A stretch of 61,455 bases of DNA, the filler included, from Stramenopiles sp. TOSAG23-3 (taxonomy: Eukaryota): assembly GCA_900128585.1 (NCBI GenBank). It is 13 parts of 13 records of this genome, joined end to end, with 100 filler letters (N's around TTAATTAATTAA, not from the genome) between each part and the next. Parts side by side here need not be neighbours in the genome. Positions count along the whole stretch, not along the records: positions 1 to 4,644 come from LT643748.1; positions 4,745 to 9,388 come from LT643749.1; positions 9,489 to 14,129 come from LT643750.1; 10 more parts are not named here. One strand, 5' to 3'. A program made the position numbers and the translations under genes. Below are positions 1 to 10,034 of this stretch, one piece after another. Below the pieces are notes generated by a model, which was given only the letters and a program-made list of their open reading frames with translations, did not search any database and was not told where the DNA came from. Within the stretch, counting starts at the first letter, position 1, and every line of letters starts with the position of its first letter.

Positions 1-725
1 ACGACAGTCGTTATTTTTTTTTTCAAAAAAAGATGAAGAAGGATTTATTGCTTTTATTTTGATAACCATTTCCATTTTGTATACCCTATACTATACCGTT
101 GTGAAATCGATTCTAAGAGGACATACTATCGATTAATTTGATATAACAATACAGGAGCACAATAGCTAACAACACAATGTCAATCAGTATTCCGTCAGTT
201 ACCAACGAAGAAAGCAAATGCGATTTTTCATTATTTTATCCTCCTCCTCCTACCTCATCTAATCTTGAGGTCAGTAAGTAACTGTGCGATGCTGTGTGAT
301 GTTATATTATTTAGAAAAATAAGAAGATGAAGAAGAAAAAATTGAAATTATTTTTTCCCTTCTTTTCTGAAATAAATTGATTGGAGGATGATTTTTTTGT
401 TTACTGCATTTTTTATCAATTCGCCTGCTGAATTGATGCTATGTGCGTTCTAATTTTTTCTAGTAGATGGCAAAAAATGACGGAGAAGAAGAAAGAAGAG
501 AATTTCATCATCATCGAGCATTTTACAATATTGTATTTTTTGGTGACATTTCTTTTTAACATCGTTGTGCGAACGTAATTTATCTGCATGAACTTGAAAA
601 GATAAACAAGAATTAAAGCACATTCCTGACATTATACACACAACAAAAATACAGCCGATTGATTAGAGTTGATAAATTTGCAAACCAGTCCATAGTGCAG
701 TTTGCTATCGAGCCACGAGTATACA

Positions 726-3700
726 ATGCAAGTCCCCCAACCGCCGCCTGGGCAACACGACAGTGGGAGCAGACCTGGAAGTGGTGGAAGGTCCATCCGA
801 AATGGATGGACTGAACAAAAAGTTTCATATGAAAGTAAGTCAACCGACGAGTCAAAAAGCTACGAGGGGAAGTGTGAGAACGAAGCCAACAGTCGAGACC
901 TAGATGTAGATGAGGAATCCAGGCCAGAGACGAGCAATAAACCGCCCGCCGCCAAGATTGCGTTTCAAGAAGCTCCTCCGAAGGCAGAGCATAAGATTGT
1001 CGAAAAGGCTTCAAGTGACACCGAGGGGTACAAACGGGCCATGTGGAAGGGCAAGAGTAACATTCTTGTAGCTGTTAGAGTAAGGCCGCTGAGCAAGACT
1101 GAAAAGCAGCGGGGCCACCGCTCAATATTAGAAGTTATGGATGGAAAAGTTGTCGTGGTCAAAGATCCGAAAGAAAAGGAGAACGCGTCCGACATTTTGA
1201 GACAGAATCGTTCGAGGGAGAAACGCTATGCTTTCGACTATGCATTTGGGCCAGGTTCTAGCTCTGAGACCGTGTTTAGAAACACTACCGAATTTTTGAT
1301 CGATGGTGTTCTGAGTGGGTTCAATGCAACTGTCTTTGCGTACGGTGCAACGGGAGCGGGGAAAACGTTTACCATGCTTGGGACTGAAACTCACCCAGGG
1401 ATTATGTTCCAAACACTTAGAGCGCTATTCGATAAATCCTCGCGCATAGAGCAAGATAAATCGCAGGGTGTTGAGTACAGAATTTCCCTCTCGTACTTAG
1501 AAGTGTACAATGAACTCATTAGAGATCTGTTAACTCCGTCCAGCGACTACTTGGAACTGCGGGAAGATCCTATAAAAGGCCCCACGGTGTCTGGTATCTC
1601 CGAAATCAGCGTCGACTCCCCGGAGCATGTGATGCGCCTTCTACAACAGGGTAACAAGCGGAGGACCCAAGAGCCTACGGCCGCGAACAAGGAATCATCC
1701 CGTTCCCACGCTGTGCTTCAGATCATCATAGAGCAAAGAGACAGTGCACCGGGGGCAGAAGCTTCTGTCAAAGTAGGTAAACTGTCCATGATTGACCTGG
1801 CGGGAAGTGAGCGAGCCTCAAACACGCAAAACAGAGGGCTGCGATTAATCGAGGGGGCTAACATCAACCGGTCCTTGCTGGCACTGGGCAATTGCATCAA
1901 TGCCCTAGGGAAAATGAAAGGCCGCGGTGGATACATTCCCTACCGCGACAGCAAACTGACCAGACTGTTGAAGGACTCATTGGGTGGAAATTGCAGAACA
2001 GTCATGATCACCAACGTCAGCCCGGCGTCATTCCACTTTGAGGAGACAGTTAATTCCTTGAAATATGCCAATAGAGCAAAAGATATCAAAACAAATGTAA
2101 AGAGAAACGTTCTGAATGTTAAGTACCACATTTCGGAGTACGTTTCTCTTATAAAAGGCCTAAAGGGAGAAATTGCTATGCTTCGTGGAAAATTAGCGAC
2201 CTCGGATTCGAAAGAAAGCTCTTCAACCAACAACATTCAAATAGAACCTGAAGTTGCGATAGCCACATCGGGACTGCAGCAAGCGGAAGATGTACGGCAT
2301 TCCCGCCTCTTTAATGAGTTAAGAACAGCAATCGTGGCCAATTTCCGCGAAAGAATGCAGCTTCGGCGTGGCCAGATCGAAATTGAATCTATAAACGTCC
2401 AAAACCACATAGAAATTGAGCGTAGACAGGCGACCATCGCCCGCTTGGAGGCAGACTTGGAAATGATGGGGCAAGAAAACGACGAACTGAGCGGGTTTGA
2501 CGATGATTTAGACGATGAAATCGACGAAAGTATTGGAGTGACTTTGGGAGACGAAAACGATGGAGACGACAGTGATGTCGTTATTGTGGAAGAGGAAGAT
2601 TTAGATGACCATCAGATCGTCAGAAGTACCTCGGACGACGAGAGAGAAAATGATGACGACATAGAAGAAGAGGACATATCGTTCGAAGGCAAACAGAACG
2701 CGGAGGCGCATTCGGGGAAGCAAGGCAGGCCACGTAAAAGGGCGAGCAAGAGGGTTTCCGCCAGGCAGAGGCGAAAAGGCGCTATTGAAAATACTTTAAA
2801 AGAGATTGAAATGATGCGAACCGCAATGGAGGCCAACAACCGCGTGAAAGACGACATTATCCGGAGATTAGATGAAAACCGCAAGCAATCGGATGAAATG
2901 CATCACGACCTTTCCCGGCGCGCCAAATCAAATGAAAGACGCTCTCTCATGGAATTAGAATACCGAGTGTTGCAAGTCGAACTTGAAAAGCTTGAACTTG
3001 AACGATCGACGATGCTCCAGGAGATGGTCGTTAAGCAAAAAAACCAAATTCTTGATGAAGCACGGCAGCAATTGCGGTTGCGGGATATGATCATTTCTGC
3101 ACAAAGGCAGCTGCTTGAAGAAAATAATATTATGATAGGAGCTAAACTTCAACGAATGTTTGAGCGTTTGGTGCCTATGGAAGCCTTTTGGGGCACTCGT
3201 GGAATTGATAGCGGTGGAGATGAAAATACGAGCATGATCGCCCAGGTGGCTTCAGAACTACAGAAAGCAGGCCAGCCAGGCGATGATTGGGGCGTTTCGG
3301 AAGCAGTGTTCCCAGAATCAAAAATAAAAAGTATCGAAACCGTTACTTACAACCCTACCATTTCTATTAGACCCAACAGAAGTGGCAAAGACGAGCCCGC
3401 CATTCACAAAACCGCGAGAAGCCCCCGGCAGAAAAAGAGCGATTCTACATCGGTGAGTTCGAAAGTGCAGCGGGTCGCAGCAAAAGTCAAACGCTCCAAA
3501 AGCAGTGCATATGTCAGAGAGACCAATCTTATTAAACGAAGATTGCAGTCTGAAAGAAAACGACGAAGAGCTCGTCGTAGACAGCGATTTCAAGAAAAAC
3601 ACGATCCCCCCTTGATCGAAGGTAAGAATGAGGAAAACACTAGCAACCGCCAGTCGTACTCGTTTGAAAAGAAACCCGAAGACAAGTCACATCGAGACAC

Positions 3701-4460
3701 GTCTCGTAAGAGGGAGCGAAAGAAAGCAAAAGCTTTGCAAAAGCGAGTTTTATCCGCTTCTGGAAAGCAATGGGCAGATAGATTGAAAATGTACCTAGTG
3801 ACACCGCGGAGAAAAAATAGAAGCAACGGGCGGTCTTCTTCCACAAAAAAAGCTGCAAATGAGCAAGGATCTCCCCGAATGAAGAAACAAAATGATGATA
3901 ACAAAGCTGCAAACGGCGAAGCATCTGGTGAAACGTTCAGTGCTGCCAATGTTGCAAAGCGAATTTCAAATGCCCTTATGAAGAAAGAAGGTGTGCCCTC
4001 CCCCCAGCAGCAACTTGCACCTCCTCCACCTCCAAAAAAGGCGTCCAAGTTTTTACGAGAGTCTTCTGACGTTCCGACTGGGGCTCAGTCGCCTGTGCAT
4101 CTAGGAGTAAACGATACAGACATCGTAGAGCAGAAGATGGTGGACCAAAACGATGAAAATAAAGTCGCAGACCGCACTGGCACCCCACTGCCGCACATTA
4201 AACCTAGTGGGCGGTGGAGTCCTGTGAATAGCCCTGAACAAAGGGGCAGACGTCGTACACACAGGGAGGGGAAAATGGACGATGATAAGAGACACGGAAG
4301 AGGCATTCGTCCGGTTTTGCACCGCTTAAATGCGAAACTTAGGAGGGGAAGAGGAAGACGAAGAAGTAAGAGTAGGGAACCTCGTGAACGATCTCAAACG
4401 AGATCCGGAACGGTCATGTCAGAGTTACCAACCATTACAAATCTGGCAATAGAAATATAA
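726..4460 (+). CDS. Kinesin-8 family motor (KIF18/KIF19-like) with coiled coil and low-complexity basic tail
   Basis: Motifs VAVRVRP, P-loop AYGATGAGKT, SSRSHA, DLAGSERA and YRDSKLTRLLKDSLGGNCRTVMI, plus kinesin-8-like LKYANRAKDIK. First ATG at 726. Confidence 0.93.
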   Translation: MQVPQPPPGQHDSGSRPGSGGRSIRNGWTEQKVSYESKSTDESKSYEGKCENEANSRDLDVDEESRPETSNKPPAAKIAFQEAPPKAEHKIVEKASSDTEGYKRAMWKGKSNILVAVRVRPLSKTEKQRGHRSILEVMDGKVVVVKDPKEKENASDILRQNRSREKRYAFDYAFGPGSSSETVFRNTTEFLIDGVLSGFNATVFAYGATGAGKTFTMLGTETHPGIMFQTLRALFDKSSRIEQDKSQGVEYRISLSYLEVYNELIRDLLTPSSDYLELREDPIKGPTVSGISEISVDSPEHVMRLLQQGNKRRTQEPTAANKESSRSHAVLQIIIEQRDSAPGAEASVKVGKLSMIDLAGSERASNTQNRGLRLIEGANINRSLLALGNCINALGKMKGRGGYIPYRDSKLTRLLKDSLGGNCRTVMITNVSPASFHFEETVNSLKYANRAKDIKTNVKRNVLNVKYHISEYVSLIKGLKGEIAMLRGKLATSDSKESSSTNNIQIEPEVAIATSGLQQAEDVRHSRLFNELRTAIVANFRERMQLRRGQIEIESINVQNHIEIERRQATIARLEADLEMMGQENDELSGFDDDLDDEIDESIGVTLGDENDGDDSDVVIVEEEDLDDHQIVRSTSDDERENDDDIEEEDISFEGKQNAEAHSGKQGRPRKRASKRVSARQRRKGAIENTLKEIEMMRTAMEANNRVKDDIIRRLDENRKQSDEMHHDLSRRAKSNERRSLMELEYRVLQVELEKLELERSTMLQEMVVKQKNQILDEARQQLRLRDMIISAQRQLLEENNIMIGAKLQRMFERLVPMEAFWGTRGIDSGGDENTSMIAQVASELQKAGQPGDDWGVSEAVFPESKIKSIETVTYNPTISIRPNRSGKDEPAIHKTARSPRQKKSDSTSVSSKVQRVAAKVKRSKSSAYVRETNLIKRRLQSERKRRRARRRQRFQEKHDPPLIEGKNEENTSNRQSYSFEKKPEDKSHRDTSRKRERKKAKALQKRVLSASGKQWADRLKMYLVTPRRKNRSNGRSSSTKKAANEQGSPRMKKQNDDNKAANGEASGETFSAANVAKRISNALMKKEGVPSPQQQLAPPPPPKKASKFLRESSDVPTGAQSPVHLGVNDTDIVEQKMVDQNDENKVADRTGTPLPHIKPSGRWSPVNSPEQRGRRRTHREGKMDDDKRHGRGIRPVLHRLNAKLRRGRGRRRSKSREPRERSQTRSGTVMSELPTITNLAIEI

Positions 4461-4644
4461 AGAAAAAACAAATATCATATGCGTAAATTAAGAAATGTTT
4501 TATCTTGGGAGAGATATTAATAAGTAGTATAGACTTGATTTCAGGTGTTTTACCTTAAATTATCTACTTTTCACTTTAACAGCATAATATCATCACAAAA
4601 AATAAATTAGTAAAAATTTTAGAAATATTTTCCTTAAAAACCAT

Positions 4645-4744
4645 NNNNNNNNNNNNNNNNNNNNNNNNNNNNNNNNNNNNNNNNNNNNTTAATTAATTAA
4701 NNNNNNNNNNNNNNNNNNNNNNNNNNNNNNNNNNNNNNNNNNNN
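4645..4744. other. Artificial contig linker (44 N + TTAATTAATTAA + 44 N). Identical linkers at 9389-9488, 14130-14229, 18870-18969, 23607-23706, 28344-28443, 33080-33179, 37813-37912, 42546-42645, 47276-47375, 52005-52104, 56733-56832
   Basis: Twelve identical 100-bp spacers with stops in all six frames. Flanking segments decrease steadily in length (4644 to 4623 bp) and ORFs are cut at the junctions. Confidence 0.99.
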
Positions 4745-4745
4745 C

Positions 4746-5927
4746 CAGGTCCCAGGGGTCGATTATGCTGCTCTATTTGACCGTATAGGTTCTTCATTAA
4801 CAATATGGGTAATTTCGATGGTAGCCGACGTGTTCGTTATTTGGTATCATGTGAGGAATCGCCCACATCCGAAGTTTATGATGACAGCCCGTCGCACGGT
4901 AACGATCACAATCCACGCAATTGCAGGCGCTGGTGAATGCATGGCAGGGATTTGGGTAGCATTCCTTGTGGGAGACCAACGTTCCGCGATGATTTTATAT
5001 ATGTCATTTTTTTCTATTTGTCATATAGTAACCGCAGTGTTGCAACACGATATTGTGTTTGGGGCAAAAAAGGTAATGATTCCCTGTTACCTGTGCGCCA
5101 TACTAATGAAAGCATTTTGTTGGTATAAGCTGGTGACCCATATGTACGGAAGGAGCGAAGAGATCTTGGTCTTATCCTGGTTTCTTTCATTAGAACTAAT
5201 CCATCACATATACGTATGGGTGCGGGTGACTATATATTTTACATCAAAAATGAGGCTGTTTCGAAGCAGCCAATATACCATATCGATCTTGATGGCGGGG
5301 CAGGTTTGCGTGTATCCTGCGTTGGGGGCTGCAGGTATCGTCTTCTTTTGGGCATTCTTGATTTGTTTTCAACCACTCTGGAAATGTTGCATTCGCAGCC
5401 CCCGGCACCGTTTGTTCTACGAAGCTGAATTAGACCGAAACCCGTTCTTCTCAGGCCTTTACCGTGATCGCGCAGTGATGGTCTTGAAGAAGATGGCGAC
5501 CCTAAAGCAGTTCGACAACAGCATAACTTTTCGCAAAGAACTTGATAAGCGGAGCAAAAATGAACTCATATCAGCAGCATTTGACATCCTTGATCTCGAC
5601 GATTCGGGTGTTTTTACAGTAAGCGAAATTGAACTCATGCTTGTCAATTGGGGTTGTCCTGCGTCAGATGCCAGAAAAGCAATGGCCCAATTGGGGCTGG
5701 GCCCAGAAAAGCAAATCGACAACGAATTGTTTAAGAAACATTTTTACGACGTGTGGCATTTTTGCCTTGTCTGTTTGAAAGAGTTTGCAAGTCATTTAGA
5801 CTACCGCATGAAGAATTATGATGGATCGTTAATTCCGTTTGAAACAGCTGATGGAAATACCATGTTGAAAGACAGCATAGCGGTTCTCGCCTCTCGTACA
5901 TCTAGTACAAAGATCAGTCCATATTAG
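4746..5927 (+). CDS. Multi-pass membrane protein with C-terminal EF-hand (5'-truncated by contig edge)
   Basis: Frame is open from the contig edge (QVPGVDYAALF...). About 6-7 hydrophobic segments are followed by EF-hand loop DLDDSGVFTVSE. Confidence 0.75.
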   Translation, partial: QVPGVDYAALFDRIGSSLTIWVISMVADVFVIWYHVRNRPHPKFMMTARRTVTITIHAIAGAGECMAGIWVAFLVGDQRSAMILYMSFFSICHIVTAVLQHDIVFGAKKVMIPCYLCAILMKAFCWYKLVTHMYGRSEEILVLSWFLSLELIHHIYVWVRVTIYFTSKMRLFRSSQYTISILMAGQVCVYPALGAAGIVFFWAFLICFQPLWKCCIRSPRHRLFYEAELDRNPFFSGLYRDRAVMVLKKMATLKQFDNSITFRKELDKRSKNELISAAFDILDLDDSGVFTVSEIELMLVNWGCPASDARKAMAQLGLGPEKQIDNELFKKHFYDVWHFCLVCLKEFASHLDYRMKNYDGSLIPFETADGNTMLKDSIAVLASRTSSTKISPY

Positions 5928-6184
5928 CTGGCGTCCTGGAAGTTCAATAATTTGGATATTTGCTGATTATTTCTTGACATAATCACGGTAGGAGCCACCA
6001 CTTCATTGCAAATTGCATTTCAACGTGTGTTCGACGCCTTTTGTTTTTTGTTTACACTTATTGAAATACCTGTCCAGGTAAAAAAGAGTACCGGTAGTAT
6101 GACATTATAATACGTATATAATATTAATATTATTATTGTAGTTTCATAATAGAAGAAGAAAATCTTTGTAATAAAGTATAGAGA

Positions 6185-6271
6185 GAAGAAGAAAGAAGAA
6201 GAAGAAGAAGAAGAAGAAGGAAGAAAGAAGAAGAAGAAGAAGAAGGAAGAAGGAAGAAGAAGAAGAAGAAA
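6185..6271 (+). repeat. Imperfect (GAA)n microsatellite
   Basis: Directly visible GAA tandem tract upstream of the SET gene. Confidence 0.95.
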
Positions 6272-6603
6272 AAGAGAAAAAGAAAATTTTCTTATTATTA
6301 TTATTATTACCTAATTATTATATTAAAATTATACTTATATACAAGCGGACATGATTTAAAATATACACGTAAACAGACAGACGATGAAAATTACTCTTAA
6401 CGATTGTTGTCATAGTAGTCTCTATACCCTTTGCGTTCCTTTTCTTGCCAAAGCAAATGCTCTGCAGAAAAACTGTAAGAGAAGCGCATTTTTTAGTATT
6501 ATTTATATACAGACACGAACGACGGATGGAGCATTGAGCAGAGCCCTGTATTGAGCGGCAGCAGCAGCACGAGAGAGCCCGCTTTGCCGCGTGAACGTTA
6601 ATT

Positions 6604-8004
6604 ATGCGCGGGGAAAGGTCGCAAAGTGTCGTGGCTCTGGTTGCTCTGTTCATTTTCAGTGCTCTTTGCGGGAAATCCGCTGGCCTTTTCAGCGAAATTG
6701 TTGGGGAGCATCGCTTGGACCATGGTGGTATAAAGAAATTCGTGAAGTGGTACACAGACAAAGGGTTTCGACTGCACGAAAACGCAGTCTTCAAGAGGGA
6801 AGACTCGCGTCAGGGCGGGGTCAATGTTTACGTGCAAGTGGTCAACAATACTGTCTTGGCCGGGGAGGAACTTGTGGTTTGTCCATATCGGTATTTGCTC
6901 CCGCCATGGCTTCCAACGAGGCAAACGGCTGCAGAAAGAAAGCTGTTGGAGTCGTACTTTGATCCTCGAGAGATGCTTTCCGTGCGTCTCTTGTACGAGG
7001 TTGGACTGGGAGTGAAGAGCAAGTGGGCGAACTATTTGCGTATCTTGCCCACCCCCGACGAGCTCAAGCACATGCCTTTCTTCTGGGACGATGCGGTGGT
7101 CGACTCGGAAAAGCTTGCTGGGACGTTTCTTCGCTACGAGATCGTTGAGAGCACAAAGCGAGTGGAAATGCTGCACCAGAAGATTGTCGGGTCCAAGATA
7201 CTGCCCCGGTACACCCCGACACTCTTGGAAGTGAAATGGGCGGTGTCCATCGTGTACAGCCGTGCCTTTATGGTGCAAAAAGAGGTGAAAAACACCCTTC
7301 GATTGGACGGCATGCCATTCTTGGCCCCGTTGGCGGACATGCTAAACCACGGGTACGGCAGCAAGATCGGGTACACCCTGGGAAGCAATGCGCCTAAAGT
7401 GAAAAGAAAGAAACAAAAACAGAAAAGAAAGTTTAAGATTATCGGTTTTCAAACGTTTGAACCCTCCGAAGAACTTACAATCAATTACCTCAGTTCTACA
7501 GAGTTGACCATTTCGAATCAAAAGACGTACATCCATTACGGTTTCTGCTCGGAGACCATACTGCCGACGGATACCATTCCTTTGGACTTTACCATACCGC
7601 TCGACGCGGACCCGAGCAACAGGCGACGAGAGGAGATCCGACAAGCGACAAACACTCCAAACAGCTTTTTCATTTACAACAAAAAGAAACGCCCAGAGAA
7701 ACTCATCGACTGGTTCCTTATCATGCAGATGGAGGAGAGCGAGTTGGAGGCCGGGGCCCCGGCCTTGGCGCACGCCAAAGCGTCCGCGCACGCGAAAGAG
7801 GCTGCCCTTCAGGCGATGAAGACTATGGTTCTAGGGTTTAAGAAGGAAGTGCAAGATGCAGAGTACGTCCACGACAGCTGCACGGACAGAATTATTCGTT
7901 TTGAACAGACCATCGTACGGTACCATGTTTCTGAAATAGACAAAGATTTGCGAGCACTGTACGAAATGAGGGGGGGGGAGAGAGTTGTGAACAGCGTGGT
8001 GTGA
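6604..8004 (+). CDS. SET-domain lysine methyltransferase (Rubisco-LSMT/SETD3-like) with N-terminal signal peptide
   Basis: SKWANYLRILP, KWAVSIVYSRAF, APLADMLNH and EELTINY...HYGF motifs, with a hydrophobic N-terminus VVALVALFIFSALC. The C-terminus may be altered by a G9 run (see findings). Confidence 0.85.
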   Translation: MRGERSQSVVALVALFIFSALCGKSAGLFSEIVGEHRLDHGGIKKFVKWYTDKGFRLHENAVFKREDSRQGGVNVYVQVVNNTVLAGEELVVCPYRYLLPPWLPTRQTAAERKLLESYFDPREMLSVRLLYEVGLGVKSKWANYLRILPTPDELKHMPFFWDDAVVDSEKLAGTFLRYEIVESTKRVEMLHQKIVGSKILPRYTPTLLEVKWAVSIVYSRAFMVQKEVKNTLRLDGMPFLAPLADMLNHGYGSKIGYTLGSNAPKVKRKKQKQKRKFKIIGFQTFEPSEELTINYLSSTELTISNQKTYIHYGFCSETILPTDTIPLDFTIPLDADPSNRRREEIRQATNTPNSFFIYNKKKRPEKLIDWFLIMQMEESELEAGAPALAHAKASAHAKEAALQAMKTMVLGFKKEVQDAEYVHDSCTDRIIRFEQTIVRYHVSEIDKDLRALYEMRGGERVVNSVV

Positions 8005-8283
8005 GGGGAAATTTCGTGTGTATGTGTGTGTGCACTCAAATTGTTTTAAATTTGTAAAAAGGTGCATGTGGCAAGGATGTGCGCACACGGTTTTTCTTTC
8101 TTCCCTCTCAACACCAAACATAATTAATTATGAGAATGATTAGTTCAGACTAAGTGACAAGGGTGTATATATTGATAAAATACTAAAATCACAACTGTAG
8201 AGATAAATTCGCAGTACATGAAGGAACGTAAAACCTTTAATGGACAAAAAAGGAGTACAGATTCATTTTCGCGGTTACTAATT

Positions 8284-8334
8284 GAGGAAGCTAAACTTTA
8301 ATTACTTTAAATGACAGCCAATTTTTTGGTTTTA
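8284..8334 (-). repeat. Copy of the dispersed 3'-flank motif AAAAACAARAAAWTGGCTGTTATTT (family described in findings)
   Basis: Minus strand reads AAAACCAAAAAATTGGCTGTCATTTAAAGTAATTAAAGTTTAGCTTCCTCA, nearly identical to the copy at about 39574-39624. Confidence 0.85.
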
Positions 8335-8373
8335 AATAATTATTTAAGAAATATTTTGAATGTTTTTAAAATC

Positions 8374-9183
8374 TCAGTTGCCCCCACCAAGGACCACTGG
8401 GACTTCACAGTACGTCCGTAAGATAAAATCTCGGTGTTCCATGAGCCTTGGAGTTATGGCCGCTTTGACGACTGGGTTTTTCACTCCAAACATCACGTCC
8501 ATCATTTTCGTTAACTTTGTCCTTGGCATAAACGCTTCGTCGGGCGGCTGAATTGAGTAAGACATGGTTGCCATGTAAATGTCAACTGCGGTCAGGGAAT
8601 CCCCTACGAGGAATCTGCTTCCCTTCCTGTGCTGTTGTTCCAACCGGTCGCATATGAGCTTCAAGATAGCCGCCATTTTGTAAGGCGCCTCCTTGCTCGC
8701 TTCTTTTGAATACCCATACTTCATTGCGAGCTTGCTTTTTTGCTGGATTCTCATGTTCCAACAGTACCCGTCCTCTGCCAGTACCAAAGCACAAAGTCCG
8801 AACATGTCCTTTCGCAGGTGCATGTCGCCAGGCACTAATTTTGGCGAGTTCGGCGCCCCGATCCTCTCGCACAGCGCCAACTGCTCGATCCAACTGGACC
8901 TTGGTCTCTCGTCGTTGTGCCACATGACAGGCAGAGACGTCTGTGCCGTGAGCTCAAAGAGTCTCTTCTGGCGATCCTCGCCCGTCTTCCTGTCCTTTCC
9001 TATATTCACGTGCTTGACCCGAATGACAGGTATCCGCTTTGTGTAGCAAATGTTTTTCAAACACTCAGCGTACAGCGCAGGAAACCCTGGGCTCATGGTG
9101 ACGCGGGTCCCGGTTTTCAACTTTGCGGCATCCTCTAAGGAGATAAACTTGACTTCGGAGTTCTTTAAAAAGGCACGCGACAT
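8374..9183 (-). CDS. Glutathione S-transferase-like protein
   Basis: Thioredoxin-like N-domain (QTSLPVMWHNDE..SSW) and GST C-terminal motif FLVGDSLTAVDIY. Likely ATG at 9183 (MSRAFLK). Confidence 0.75.
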   Translation of the reverse strand: MSRAFLKNSEVKFISLEDAAKLKTGTRVTMSPGFPALYAECLKNICYTKRIPVIRVKHVNIGKDRKTGEDRQKRLFELTAQTSLPVMWHNDERPRSSWIEQLALCERIGAPNSPKLVPGDMHLRKDMFGLCALVLAEDGYCWNMRIQQKSKLAMKYGYSKEASKEAPYKMAAILKLICDRLEQQHRKGSRFLVGDSLTAVDIYMATMSYSIQPPDEAFMPRTKLTKMMDVMFGVKNPVVKAAITPRLMEHRDFILRTYCEVPVVLGGGN

Positions 9184-9488
9184 TCTGAAAACGTGGTCAA
9201 CGACTACTTCCAATCTGCGTGCTGCGTTTATTGCTTGTCGGTTTGGAAGGAAAAGACAAATAATAAGTAGTTTCATTTGTATTATGCTAATATTTTCTCT
9301 GTAGAACATGTTGAAGTTGTGCATTTTATTATGGTATGTATTATTGTCAATGGGGTGTTGGACTGATGGATGAGATGACGACGATGAANNNNNNNNNNNN
9401 NNNNNNNNNNNNNNNNNNNNNNNNNNNNNNNNTTAATTAATTAANNNNNNNNNNNNNNNNNNNNNNNNNNNNNNNNNNNNNNNNNNNN

Positions 9489-9561
9489 GAAGAAGAAGAA
9501 GAAGAAGAAGAAGAAGAAGAAGAAGAAGAAGAAGAAGAAGAAGAAGAAGAAGAAGAAGAAG
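9489..9561 (+). repeat. (GAA)n microsatellite at contig start
   Basis: Perfect GAA tract. Confidence 0.97.
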
Positions 9562-10034
9562 AGAAAAAACACAAGCAAAAATAATCCTAAAATAATAATA
9601 ATTGGTCATTTCTATTTTAGCTAATAAACACAGCATAGAGCCCACAACAGTGTTCAGGAGGAAATCGCCTCTTCGTTCTCTTCTTAATTATTTTCGCTTA
9701 TATTTTTTGTAAGATTTATTTTATTTTTTAAAAAAGATAATATAATATTATTGTTGAATTGTCGTCCGTTGTTTTGAGATTTGATCATCCACAACAATCA
9801 TCATATTAATATTAATATTTACCATTTCCTATTTTTTTTATTAGATATACGTAGTTGTCAACAAATATTTATTATTTCTGTATCATTTCTAGATGACTGA
9901 CAAAAACTAAATAGATTATTTATGGTATAGGAAAGGTTTACAGACCATTACAGCCCCTCAGAAAGAATTAAACTAAATTAGAAAAAACGGCGATTTTTTT
10001 TATATACAGTATATTATATGTATACAATATAAAT

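Noticed and set aside
4689-4700. Regularly spaced TTAATTAATTAA palindrome every ~4.7 kb
   Set aside because: It is an artificial six-frame-stop linker embedded in N runs. Gene neighbourhoods across linkers are meaningless, so no cluster or operon inference was made across them.
9433-9645. Poly-Leu/Phe/Lys ORFs and ORFs ending in XXXLIN (also 23966-24277, 28184-28399, 60767-61024)
   Set aside because: These are translations of microsatellites and linker sequence.
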